A stretch of DNA of 37,831 nucleotides from Pseudomonadales bacterium. Its GTDB lineage: Bacteria; Pseudomonadota; Gammaproteobacteria; Pseudomonadales; JANQMK01. The stretch covers positions 1-37,831 of the forward strand of contig JANQMK010000380.1 in the NCBI GenBank assembly GCA_028280085.1. The letters run 5' to 3'. Shown here piece by piece: positions 8,328 to 19,471 of the stretch (positions within the stretch are counted from its first letter, which is position 1; each line of letters starts with the position of its first letter). The translations under genes and the position numbers were made by a program. The notes below the pieces were generated by a model. That model was given only the letters and a program-made list of their open reading frames with translations, made no database searches and had not been told where the DNA came from.

Positions 8328-9834
8328 ACCAAACTCTGTTATCTTTTAAAGGTAAGGCAATGGAAGCTGTGGGCCCCCACGTACCAGCGACATAACTATA
8401 ACAATCGTAGTGAAATGATTCCCAACCTCTCGTGATGTGATCAATCCATTGCCAAGCTGCTTCTACTTCATCTCGTCGCATAAAGAGAGTAGCGGTATTA
8501 TTGATGACGTCCAATAGTAAGCGCTCGTAGGCATCGATACGGCGCTGTGAATTGAACGCTTGAGATAAACTCAAATTGAGTGCAGCTGAGCGCAGTTTCA
8601 TATTGTCCTGGGCTAAGCTAGGCACCTTGTTGGTAATGTGCAGTTCGATGGTTTCCTCTGGTTGTAAACGGATGACCATCTTATTAGGTTCAATATCTTC
8701 TTTCTTTTGTGAAAAAATCGAGTGGGGTATGGGCTTGAAGAAGATCACAATTTCAGAATAGCGTTTCGGCAAGCGTTTCCCAGTGCGCAAATAGAAGGGC
8801 ACACCCTCCCACCGCCAATTGTCGATATTGACATTAAGTGCGACAAAAGTTTCCGCTAAATGACGGTGACTTGTCATAGGGGTATTATTTTTGTCAAACG
8901 CCTGCATTAGCTCTAAGTAGCCTTTAACACTTTCCCCTCCAACTGAACCACTCGTGTAAATTCCCCTGACCGTTTTTTCTCTTATATCTTTACCAACGAT
9001 AGGTCGCAAAGATTTTAGTACTTTCAACTTTTCGTCTCGCACTGAATCGGCGTCAAGGTTATTGGGTGGTTCCATGGCAACTAAGCACAATAGTTGTAGG
9101 ATATGATTTTGCAACATGTCTTTTAGCGCGCCGGTGGTACTGTAGTAAGCCTCTCGGCCTTCTACGCCCAGAGTTTCCGCTACTGTTATTTCTACATGAT
9201 CTATCCCTTCGTTATTCCACATGGGCTCAAATAATGAATTTGCAAACCGAATGGCAAGTAGGTTTTGCACGGTTTCTTTGCCTAAGTAATGATCTATGCG
9301 AAAGGTTTGATTTTCCCTAAAGTGTTGCGCAATTTCATCATTAATTTTTCTTGATGACGCTAAATCTTTTCCTAACGGCTTTTCGATAACAACTCTTGTG
9401 TTGTCATGATTTAGATTGGCTGCACCCAGATTCTCGCAAATGGTGCCAAACAGCGTTGGAGGAGTTGCTAAGTAATGAATAAGATCGACGTTGTGTGTAG
9501 TAAGTTGATTTAATAATTGTTTTAGTTGAGTAAAGTCTTGTGGATTAGTCGCCTCTAAGGTTTGATAATAAATTTTTGCTACAAATTTTTTCCAGATGAC
9601 TTCATCATATTGCTCAGGTATTTTTTGCTTAAAGACGTCCCGAATCTGTGATTTAAATGTATCAGTGGTTAGTTCCTTGCGTGATACTAGCACAATTTTT
9701 CCGTCTGCATGCAGATAGCCGTCAGCGTCGAGGTTATAGAGCGCAGGTAGTAGTTTCTGTCTCGATAAATCGCCATTGCCACCAAAAATAATAATGACAA
9801 ACGGTTGAGTCGGAGGGCATTCCGCTGATTGCAT
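8320..9834 (-). CDS. zwf: Glucose-6-phosphate 1-dehydrogenase.
   Basis: The NADP-binding motif is IFGGNGDLSRQKLLPALY and the active-site motif is RIDHYLGKE. 504 aa. Confidence 0.97.
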   Translation of the reverse strand: MQSAECPPTQPFVIIIFGGNGDLSRQKLLPALYNLDADGYLHADGKIVLVSRKELTTDTFKSQIRDVFKQKIPEQYDEVIWKKFVAKIYYQTLEATNPQDFTQLKQLLNQLTTHNVDLIHYLATPPTLFGTICENLGAANLNHDNTRVVIEKPLGKDLASSRKINDEIAQHFRENQTFRIDHYLGKETVQNLLAIRFANSLFEPMWNNEGIDHVEITVAETLGVEGREAYYSTTGALKDMLQNHILQLLCLVAMEPPNNLDADSVRDEKLKVLKSLRPIVGKDIREKTVRGIYTSGSVGGESVKGYLELMQAFDKNNTPMTSHRHLAETFVALNVNIDNWRWEGVPFYLRTGKRLPKRYSEIVIFFKPIPHSIFSQKKEDIEPNKMVIRLQPEETIELHITNKVPSLAQDNMKLRSAALNLSLSQAFNSQRRIDAYERLLLDVINNTATLFMRRDEVEAAWQWIDHITRGWESFHYDCYSYVAGTWGPTASIALPLKDNRVWYE

Positions 9835-10247
9835 AGTGGGGCCAGTAAGTTCGCTAGCTTGAATAAGGCGTTACCAAGTATCGATAGCAATCGAGACCAG
9901 TTTCAGATAGTAAGGCAACGTATATATGTCAGATTGCCAAACGAGTTCTTTCACTGCTAGAAGATAGCTATAAGTATAGTAGAGTAAGTCGTGTTAGTTA
10001 TACTGTTTTAATAACTTTTTTATTGTCTGGTTGTTTGCCCCAGCAATGATTTTGGACAAGGGATGATCTGGCAAACCTTAGAAAAAATAAGGGTGGGGGT
10101 GACAAGGCGTAGGGTTGTCATTTTAATAACTGTCGTTTTGACCATTGTAGCTCTGATAACCGAGTTTAAAAGAGCCGCGTCTTGCTGATAGTTAATAGCT
10201 GATTAAATTTAAAGCTTAAACAATGGTGTTCGACTGGAGCTTGTTGG

Positions 10248-11825
10248 TTAACTATTATGGTTAAAAAGATGTAAAAGCCGTCTTGCTGCTGCAATTGGGT
10301 CATCGGCAGTGCTAATTGCCGATACAACAGCAAAGCTGTTGACGCCGGTATCCAACACCTCAGTGGCGCGTGCTTCTGATATGCCGCCAATGGCAGTTGT
10401 TGAGTATTGCGCTAATAGTTTTACCCAATGCCGAAGGGAAGCTAAACCCCGAGGGCAGTAGGGCATTTCTTTCAACAGTGTTTCGTAGATAGGACCATAA
10501 GCAATATAAGATGGCGCAATGGCGTGAGCATGGGCTATTTCATGATAGCAATGAGTGCTGATACCCAGACGCAAGCCATGGTGTTTTATCGCTGCCAGAT
10601 CGGCTGATTGTAAATCTTCCTGACCCAGATGAACGCCATAGGCTTTATATTTCATGGCGAGCTGCCAATGGTCGTTGACGAACAAGCGGCAGTTAAATTG
10701 TTGACTTAATTGGCATGCGGTTGCGATCTGCTCTTCTAATTCACTCTGAGCCAACTGTTTTAGCCTAATTTGTACGGTGCTAATGGTGGTTTGAGTCAGT
10801 AGCTGTTCCAAGCTTGGTATATTATCAACAATGGGATAGAGCCCGAGTTGTGGTCTTTCGTCAGGCTGATCGCTGTGAGGCTTTTCGTTACTCGTTGGCT
10901 GCTGATCAGTAGGCAGCGTGCAGGCTGGAAAAGGGCTGCGGTGGTAGATCTCGTTAGCGGAGCGGGTTAATAATGGCAGGTCATCACTGTACTGGGGCCA
11001 ACCTTGGTGAGCTACTGGGCCGGGCCCTTGACCTAGTTGTACCGCTTCTCTAATACTTTGGCTGACGTAGGATTTAGCGATTACTATAGCATCTTGTTCA
11101 ATGTACCCAAACGCTAATGTTGCGGCTACTGCGGCTGAGAAGGTACAACCAGTGCCGTGACTGTTATTGTTATGCCAACGAGGTGTTGACAGCCAAAAAC
11201 TATCGTTGTTCAACAAACAATAATCCTGTGCCCACTGTTTGTCGCTAGCATGGCCGCCTTTGATAATAACGCCACTACAACCTAGTTCTTTGATGACTGC
11301 GGCTGCGTGTTGGATGTCTTCGGTGGTTGTAATGGTAATGCCGCTTAACAATTCAGCTTCAATTAGATTGGGCGTTATAATAGTCGTTTGAGGAATAATT
11401 AAAGATCTATAGTCATCTACTAAACTCGCGTTGCTTAACAATGTTCCGCTGGATGAACGTAAAACCGGATCACAGATAACCGGGCCATGAAATTGATAAA
11501 GGAAATCGTTAACAGCGCGCATTATGTCGGGGGCAGCTAACATGCCAAGTTTAATGGCTTTGGCCGGTAGATCAGCATGGAGTGCAGCGATTTGCTGATT
11601 GACCGACTGTACGGGGGTAACCGTAATATCATTAATTTGCTGAGAATTTTGTGCCGTTAAGGCGGTTATTACACTACAGCCGTGAACCTGCAATGAGTGA
11701 AAAGTCTTTAAATCAGCCTGAATACCAGCGCCACCGCCTGAATCAGAACCGGCTATAGTCCATACGATGGGTGGCGCTGGTTGCTTGTCAGGAATATCGG
11801 GTATGGTAACGGGCTTAATTTTCAT
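10248..11825 (-). CDS. thiDE: Bifunctional HMP / HMP-P kinase (ThiD, N-terminal) fused to thiamine-phosphate synthase (ThiE, C-terminal).
   Basis: The N-terminal half has GSDSGGGAGIQADLKT and the GTGCTFSAA motif of ThiD. A Pro/Gln-rich linker follows. The C-terminal half has the TIM-barrel motifs of ThiE: LYPIVD, VQIRLK, GVHLGQEDL, GISTH and IGGI. Confidence 0.9.
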   Translation of the reverse strand: MKIKPVTIPDIPDKQPAPPIVWTIAGSDSGGGAGIQADLKTFHSLQVHGCSVITALTAQNSQQINDITVTPVQSVNQQIAALHADLPAKAIKLGMLAAPDIMRAVNDFLYQFHGPVICDPVLRSSSGTLLSNASLVDDYRSLIIPQTTIITPNLIEAELLSGITITTTEDIQHAAAVIKELGCSGVIIKGGHASDKQWAQDYCLLNNDSFWLSTPRWHNNNSHGTGCTFSAAVAATLAFGYIEQDAIVIAKSYVSQSIREAVQLGQGPGPVAHQGWPQYSDDLPLLTRSANEIYHRSPFPACTLPTDQQPTSNEKPHSDQPDERPQLGLYPIVDNIPSLEQLLTQTTISTVQIRLKQLAQSELEEQIATACQLSQQFNCRLFVNDHWQLAMKYKAYGVHLGQEDLQSADLAAIKHHGLRLGISTHCYHEIAHAHAIAPSYIAYGPIYETLLKEMPYCPRGLASLRHWVKLLAQYSTTAIGGISEARATEVLDTGVNSFAVVSAISTADDPIAAARRLLHLFNHNS

Positions 11826-11855
11826 TTTTTCAATTAAAAGCTATCCTGGCTATCG

Positions 11856-13637
11856 TTATAATGTAGCAATACGTGATTGGATATACCGGTTGTGATGATC
11901 AACATAAGTTTGTTGAATTAACGCTTTGATTTGTTCGATTGGCATGAATTGATCTGAAAAGCCATCGATTTCTGGGTCAATGGCTAATTTGGCTGCGCTG
12001 ATCAAGTGTTTTATCAAATCGTTTGGACTTTCTATGCCGACCGCAAAACGTATCGTGTGGGCAGTAATGCCTGATTCGGCCAATTGTTCTTTGTTAAGCT
12101 CCGAATGGGTTGTCAGTCCTGGACAACTGACGATGGTATTGGTTTGGCCTAAGGTGATCATGTGGGCAAACGTTGGCTCTAAACAATCGAAAAAACGCTG
12201 AAATAACTTCTTGGGTATATCGCTCATGTCAATGGTAAACAGTGGTGCAGTGAAACCTAAAAAATTCACTTCTTCTTTCAGGGCAAAGTTATTGTCATGG
12301 GCTAGGCAATTGGCGGTGACATTTATCTGCGGATGCGAATCGAGAAAATTGGCTAGAATAGTCGTATTGATGGACTTTGTTAACATACGCAGCGCGAGGG
12401 TTTTGGTGCCCTGCAATACTTCAAAGGCAGCATCGGCGTTTAGAAAAGCGCCTTTAACATAGTATACGTTCCAAAACATCGTGGTTTCCCAACCGGGGTC
12501 ACCTTTTGGAATGAACATATCGTGATTCCGACCGATCACGCAGCCAGCGACAACCGAGCCTGAACCGGATAAGTCTTTGGTGTAGCTGTGAATAACGAAG
12601 TCGGGCCTTTCACTAGGGTCCTCACGTTGCAGTGGTTGCGACAAAAATGGTGTGCCGACCGTGGCATCTAATATCACTTTTAAACCTTCGGCATGAGCAG
12701 CTTTACAAATACCAGGCACATCTAATACATAGCCGTGTGGATTACAGGGTGATTCCAGATAGACGCAGATATCGATAAATGGCTTTTGCTTGAGCAGGTC
12801 CTTATATTTGACTTTGGTTTGTTGCCAACAACTCATAAAGTCAGCTACGTTTTCACCACGAAATGTTTCTACGCCTATTTTCAAGTTGGAAGGTTTTGCA
12901 AACCAATCGTGAATAAGTTGGTGAGCTCCACCATAAATATTACCACTAGTTATTAGAATGTCATTGTGTCCTAATACATGTGAGAGTACTGCATCAATGG
13001 CTGCCATACCGCTGTTGTAGTTCCATGCAAGGTATTCTCCGGCATAGGGACCAGCTTCTAAATCTACAATATGATTTGCCAGAGAAAGCGATGTCGGGTT
13101 TAAGAGGCGTGAGTATATCTCTAACAAAAGCTCTTTGCCTTTAAATGCGTCTTCTATCCATTCAGCGCAGGCGTAGATGTATGTCGCTGTGCGAGCAATG
13201 GTGGGTGTTGCGGAAAATATGGCTGTAACATTATCAAAAATCGGGTAGGAACCCTTTGCCGATAGGGTAGCATCGTCATAATTTAGCCCCTGGTAATTTT
13301 TGCGAAATGGTGCCTGCACTTCGTCGAGTAACTTGGCCAGCTGAAAACAAAGAAATTTCTTAGCGTTGAAGTGAGAGATACGGTCTTCCGCAGACAGCTT
13401 GTGCAGCTCCTGTTGGGTCAGATTCCACATGAGCTCCACATCATGTTGACAACTGTATAGATGTGTGGCGATAGCAGCCATTGATTGCCCCAGTTTTGTT
13501 TTGCTATCGATGCCAAAATGTTGTAACTGTTCTTCCACTAAATCAGCAAGCGTTATTGCCTCAGAACTATTGCGACGAGGCGATAGAGACGTTTTAATAC
13601 TTTTTGTTTTACCGTTAGACTGTTGATTATTCGACAT
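11856..13637 (-). CDS. Cys/Met-metabolism (trans-sulfuration family) PLP-dependent enzyme with an N-terminal extension of about 170-190 aa. Specific activity unknown.
   Basis: YSRLLNPT matches the Y-x-R-x-x-NPT motif. SYTKDLSGSG matches the S-x-T-K PLP-lysine motif. TLGQTNTIVSCPGLTTHSEL matches the SLGG.ES...P..MTH motif. Family members are usually about 400 aa and this one is 593 aa. It lies inside the thi operon. Confidence 0.75.
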   Translation of the reverse strand: MSNNQQSNGKTKSIKTSLSPRRNSSEAITLADLVEEQLQHFGIDSKTKLGQSMAAIATHLYSCQHDVELMWNLTQQELHKLSAEDRISHFNAKKFLCFQLAKLLDEVQAPFRKNYQGLNYDDATLSAKGSYPIFDNVTAIFSATPTIARTATYIYACAEWIEDAFKGKELLLEIYSRLLNPTSLSLANHIVDLEAGPYAGEYLAWNYNSGMAAIDAVLSHVLGHNDILITSGNIYGGAHQLIHDWFAKPSNLKIGVETFRGENVADFMSCWQQTKVKYKDLLKQKPFIDICVYLESPCNPHGYVLDVPGICKAAHAEGLKVILDATVGTPFLSQPLQREDPSERPDFVIHSYTKDLSGSGSVVAGCVIGRNHDMFIPKGDPGWETTMFWNVYYVKGAFLNADAAFEVLQGTKTLALRMLTKSINTTILANFLDSHPQINVTANCLAHDNNFALKEEVNFLGFTAPLFTIDMSDIPKKLFQRFFDCLEPTFAHMITLGQTNTIVSCPGLTTHSELNKEQLAESGITAHTIRFAVGIESPNDLIKHLISAAKLAIDPEIDGFSDQFMPIEQIKALIQQTYVDHHNRYIQSRIATL

Positions 13638-13704
13638 ATCAATAGCTCCATTTTTTTCACAGCATAGAACAGTTTTGTCAATTTGTTAAAGGTTTTAGTT
13701 ATTG

Positions 13705-14133
13705 TTAACTGATCATCAACCAGATTATGAGGTACCGACAGGATTTGCCGATCAAGATTAATAATGAGCTAAGCAGCAAAGGCGTTTTTAGATAGCCACA
13801 AATCAAACAAATACCATCGCCAATGACGGGCAACCATGCCAGCAACAAACTATAAATACCGTAGCGTTTAATGACGGCATGACTAGACTTATTGTCAGTG
13901 GTTGATAGCATGGGTATGGTATAGCCGTAACGTAGCATGACACCCATAAGCCATGTAACCAAACTACCTAGAGTATTCCCCAGCGTTGCGACTAATACTA
14001 GCTGCCATGGCGGATATTCCGATCGTTCCAGGAGCAAGGCTAATAAAACTTCCGAACCACCTGGAAAGAGCGTGGCAGAAATCAGTGCACTCCAAAATAG
14101 GTGCCAAGAGTCAAGCTGGTCTAAAACAGGCAT
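13705..14133 (-). CDS. YqaA-like small DedA/SNARE-associated-family inner-membrane protein.
   Basis: 142 aa with about 4 hydrophobic helices. The N-terminal SATLFPGGSEVLL motif is characteristic of YqaA-type proteins. Confidence 0.7.
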   Translation of the reverse strand: MPVLDQLDSWHLFWSALISATLFPGGSEVLLALLLERSEYPPWQLVLVATLGNTLGSLVTWLMGVMLRYGYTIPMLSTTDNKSSHAVIKRYGIYSLLLAWLPVIGDGICLICGYLKTPLLLSSLLILIGKSCRYLIIWLMIS

Positions 14134-14210
14134 ATGTTTACAGAGAAAATATGTTTAAAACGGCAATCTATCTAAAATAGGCGTGTCTTTTTACTGCCAC
14201 TGGTTTTAGT

Positions 14211-15020
14211 CTATGCGGTATTGTCATGCCAAAAAGGCATGCCCACTAAGGGGGTGCTGGGTTTAGCGGTATTTTTTTTAGGTATGATACCTGCCTCATA
14301 ACCTAGACGTCCGGCCGAGATCGCTTGGGCAAATGCGCTTGCCATTGTGGTAGGATCTTGCGCTTGGGCAATGGCGGTATTTAATAGTACTGCGTCATAA
14401 CCCAATTCCATCGCTTGTGCGCCGTGGGAGGGCTTGCCAAGGCCCGCATCTATTACCAGCGTGATGTTTGGCAAGCGTTCACGCAACGTTTTTAATGCAT
14501 AGGGGTTTATCAAGCCTTGACCTGTGCCAATTGGCGCCCCCCACGGCATCAAGATACGGCAACCTAGCTCGACCAGGCGTTGGCAAAGGATTAAATCATC
14601 GGTGCAGTAGGGAAATACTTCAAAACCTAGCGAGATAAGTTGTTCAGCAGCAATAAGTAATTCAAAGGGGTCTGGCTGTAAGTTGTAATCGTCTCCGATT
14701 ACTTCTAATTTTATCCAATTTGTTTCAAATAGCTCTCGAGACATCTGTGCTAAAGTGACTGCTTCCTTGGCACTGTGACAACCGGCGGTATTAGGCAATA
14801 AATGGCAACCAGTGGATTTAATGATATCCCAAAAGGATTCACCACTACTTTTTTCGTGCGACTGTCGACGCAGTGACACAGTTACAACTTCTGCGCCAGA
14901 AGCCTTGATAGCTTGTTGCATAATAAATGGTGAAGGATAAAGCGCTGAACCAATAAATAGGCGGCTAGTTAGTTTTTTTCCGCCGATGTTGAATTCAGTA
15001 CTATTTGTTATGCTTGACAT
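14211..15020 (-). CDS. thiG: Thiazole synthase.
   Basis: Motifs are [40 protein letters not shown] and [12 protein letters not shown]. It starts 2 nt after the thiS stop. Confidence 0.95.
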   Translation of the reverse strand: MSSITNSTEFNIGGKKLTSRLFIGSALYPSPFIMQQAIKASGAEVVTVSLRRQSHEKSSGESFWDIIKSTGCHLLPNTAGCHSAKEAVTLAQMSRELFETNWIKLEVIGDDYNLQPDPFELLIAAEQLISLGFEVFPYCTDDLILCQRLVELGCRILMPWGAPIGTGQGLINPYALKTLRERLPNITLVIDAGLGKPSHGAQAMELGYDAVLLNTAIAQAQDPTTMASAFAQAISAGRLGYEAGIIPKKNTAKPSTPLVGMPFWHDNTA

Positions 15021-15022
15021 AG

Positions 15023-15226
15023 TTAACCTCCTTGCACTGCTGTAACAATATCAACATGGTCGTCGTCATGTAATTGAGTTTGGGCATACTGGTGTCTGGG
15101 AACAAACGTGCCGTTAATCGCTATCGCAAATCTGCCTGTCTCATAGCTCAGTTGTTGTATTAATTCGTTAAGCCGTGTTTTTTCCTTGACAGTCATTGTT
15201 TCATTATTGACAGAAATCTTCATCAT
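15023..15226 (-). CDS. thiS: Sulfur-carrier protein ThiS.
   Basis: 67 aa and ubiquitin-like. It ends in the diagnostic C-terminal ...VQGG. It lies between thiO and thiG. Confidence 0.9.
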   Translation of the reverse strand: MMKISVNNETMTVKEKTRLNELIQQLSYETGRFAIAINGTFVPRHQYAQTQLHDDDHVDIVTAVQGG

Positions 15227-16349
15227 TTATAGGGCTCACAATGTCAGAAAATAGGCATGAATAAGAAGTTGTTGAAGTAAAGTGGTTTGAGCAGTTTCTG
15301 TTTGAGTTATTGGTGCCCATTAGCTGTAATGCCGTTTCTGCTATGGCAGGGGCGACCAAGTAGCCATTTCGGTAAAGTCCATTTATTTGTAGTAGACCTG
15401 GTTGATGGAAGATGCGTGGCTCATTGTGGGGAAGTGCCGGGCGACAGTTGACAACCGTCTCTACAATACGTGCTTCACCGAAGGCGGCATCGAGACTATA
15501 AAGTGCCGATAGTAATTCGAGTGTTGAGCGAACCGATACCGGGCTCATATCGTCGCTTTCAATTTCGCTTGCACCGAGGATAAATTCTTGATTAGGGCGA
15601 GGCACTATATAGATGTGATACCGAGGATGCATGAGACGAATGGGTCGGTTCAGCTGTGCATCGGGAGCATAGAGTCGGAAACGTTCACCGCGAACACCAC
15701 GTAATGCAGGTATTGCATCTTTTGCGCCTAATCCACGGCAGTCCACCACCCAGTTAAAATCAAATGTCTTACTTTCGGTCCTAATAACATGAGGGGCAAT
15801 ATTTTTTACTTTGGTCTGTGGATGCCAGGTAACACACTTGTTGTCCAACGCCTTAGCCACGGCTATATACCATTCGTCATTTGCCAGTTGGGCTTCGGCG
15901 GGTAAAAAGATGCCGTGTTTAAACCTATTGGCCAACGCAGGCTCTAGTTCTGCGATACCTTGCTGGTCTAATGGCTGAAACTGATTGGACCAATCTCGGC
16001 TGATTTTACCAATAAATTGAGTTAATTCGGTTTCATCTTGTGGGTGACTGACAAACAAACTCCCTGCTTGTTGAAAAAAAATGGGTGCTTCTAGCTCATC
16101 AACAATATTCTGCCAAAGCGGAATAGAAGCCAAGCCAAGCTTAACAACAATGCTACTAGCTTTGTCAGCTTCGCTGATTGGAGCCAACATGGCAGCAGCG
16201 GCAAGTCCACAGCTGCTGCTACCGCCACGATCATCTTTATCAAATAGATGAACGTGGTAATCGTGGCGTGTTAAATAATAGGCCATCATCCGGCCCATTA
16301 GGCCAGCGCCGACAATACCCACGTGTTTTTCATTTGCATGCTGATTCAT
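15204..16349 (-). CDS. thiO: FAD-dependent glycine oxidase.
   Basis: It has the N-terminal dinucleotide fold VGIVGAGLMGRMMAYYL and a DAO-family layout. It sits between thiC and thiS. Its 3' end overlaps the thiS start by 23 nt. Confidence 0.85.
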   Translation of the reverse strand: MNQHANEKHVGIVGAGLMGRMMAYYLTRHDYHVHLFDKDDRGGSSSCGLAAAAMLAPISEADKASSIVVKLGLASIPLWQNIVDELEAPIFFQQAGSLFVSHPQDETELTQFIGKISRDWSNQFQPLDQQGIAELEPALANRFKHGIFLPAEAQLANDEWYIAVAKALDNKCVTWHPQTKVKNIAPHVIRTESKTFDFNWVVDCRGLGAKDAIPALRGVRGERFRLYAPDAQLNRPIRLMHPRYHIYIVPRPNQEFILGASEIESDDMSPVSVRSTLELLSALYSLDAAFGEARIVETVVNCRPALPHNEPRIFHQPGLLQINGLYRNGYLVAPAIAETALQLMGTNNSNRNCSNHFTSTTSYSCLFSDIVSPINDEDFCQ

Positions 16350-16358
16350 TTAGTTTGT

Positions 16359-18245
<1,887 letters not shown>

Positions 18246-18533
18246 TTAATATCATCTCCTCGGTAATCATGCCAATGGATTGTCGGGGAGAACACCTGAT
18301 CGTGATAGAGGATATCGCGAATACAACAGCGTATATGGTGGGAGCAATTTGAAAAACAGGCTTACTTCGGCTGTTTAACTACATTTCAACTACATTAATC
18401 ATTAACATTAACGAGATCTTATCTTACGACTTACTCTCAATCTCACTACGTCAGATTAACTTAATCAGATAAAAATCGCGTTATTAAACAACAAACAGTT
18501 AAATACGACTTATTTTTAAGCTAATGTTAATGT

Positions 18534-18700
18534 CTTGCTTCCTACGCCGGCACTATCCGGATCAGGTTCACGGGTTGTGTTGTATTATTGCTAAACAATA
18601 TTAATTGAACAACACTCTCAGCACACTTTGTACGGCTTGTATCGCGTACGGCAAAGGTTGCCATTCTTGGCCATAGCAAGTGATAAAGCACCCCGACAAG
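18534..18700 (-). promoter_or_regulatory. TPP (THI-box) riboswitch.
   Basis: The minus strand reads cttgtcGGGGTGC...GCTGAGAgtgttgt...acaacacAACCCgtGAACCTGATCcGGATAgtGCCGGCGTAGGAAgcaag. All conserved THI-box blocks are present. P1 pairs cttg with caag. About 60 nt are inserted between GGGGUGC and CUGAGA. Confidence 0.9.
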
Positions 18701-18986
18701 TTCGTGCTAGTTTACTGGGCAATAACAATAATTACCAGTGGATTTGGCCAGAGCAGAGAAGCGAATTAGACGGTAAATGATTTTTTAGGATAATTGGAAA
18801 TAGTTTTGGAAGTGGGTGGCCTCTAGTCAATACGCGATTTTTTACCCTATTGATATGATGGCTATTAGGGTTATTGCGGTTACTCCTGCTAAGGTTAACT
18901 TGTAGAGGTACTATAGGTAAATCTGGATACTGAGAAAACTAGATGCTGAGAAATCTAGGTAGCGGGCGAATGGAGAGGCCGTATAT

Positions 18987-19370
18987 ATGTTAAATCGGGA
19001 GAAAGTGGGCTTTGCCTTTTGTATTGTATTAGCTTTAACCGTTAATTTTGGGTTTGTGCTAGGGGAAATCGACAATATTGATCACCATAATGTTTATGAA
19101 CTGTACGCGGCGTTAGTGGTGAGCTTGATTGCAACGGTCATGAAGCTCGGTGACCGATCTCATTTGGGAGCCGTATTATTGGCGACGAGTTTGGTCGCTG
19201 ATCTGCAATTAATCGCCGCAGCTATTGTGTGGGGTGTGGTGGAACACTACTATGGCGGCATGACGGTTTCCGCGATGGCGAGTATCGTGTCGTTATCGGC
19301 GGGAGCGTTGTTAGCTAATATTACATCGGTTGTAATGTTAGTGGCCGAAACTATCATGTTACGCCGCTAG
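18987..19370 (+). CDS. Small integral membrane protein of unknown function (about 4 predicted helices).
   Basis: 127 aa, strongly hydrophobic (FAFCIVLALTVNFGFVL, LYAALVVSLIATVM, AVLLATSLVADLQLIAAAIVWGVV, ASIVSLSAGALLANITSVVMLVA). A GGAGAGG Shine-Dalgarno lies 8 nt upstream. It is on the same strand as the channel gene and 101 nt upstream of it. Confidence 0.6.
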   Translation: MLNREKVGFAFCIVLALTVNFGFVLGEIDNIDHHNVYELYAALVVSLIATVMKLGDRSHLGAVLLATSLVADLQLIAAAIVWGVVEHYYGGMTVSAMASIVSLSAGALLANITSVVMLVAETIMLRR

Positions 19371-19391
19371 GTTGTCACCTAGTCGTTATTA

Positions 19392-19470
19392 GTGAGGCAG
19401 TTGTTTTTGTAAGTTGCGGATGAGGTAATTGTGGATGGTATAGTTGCGGGTGAGTTTGTGAGGCGAGTTG
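19392..19470. repeat. Interleaved short direct repeats in the spacer before the channel gene.
   Basis: gtgaggcagttg (19392-19403) resembles gtgaggcgagttg (19458-19470). agttgcggatgag (19412-19424) resembles agttgcgggtgag (19442-19454). Confidence 0.4.
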
Positions 19471-19471
19471 C

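Noticed and set aside
9835-10247. A HexR-type operator or other defined regulator site upstream of zwf, such as agtata-N20-tatact near 9973-10004 or tgacaa-N9-ttgtca near 10100-10120.
   Set aside because: These are only 6-bp arms in AT-rich DNA, and I cannot match them confidently to the HexR consensus from memory. The evidence is not above chance expectation.
10166-10390. 74-aa minus-strand ORF overlapping the thiDE 3' end.
   Set aside because: It is in an alternative frame of a well-supported gene and has no independent signals.
18923-18955. The near-duplicate ctggatactgagaaa / ctagatgctgagaaa upstream of the small membrane protein gene, which contains CTGAGA like a THI-box.
   Set aside because: The other THI-box blocks (GGGGUGC, ACCUGAUC..GG, GCGUAGGGA) do not accompany it. 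It is probably a simple local duplication and is too short to interpret.
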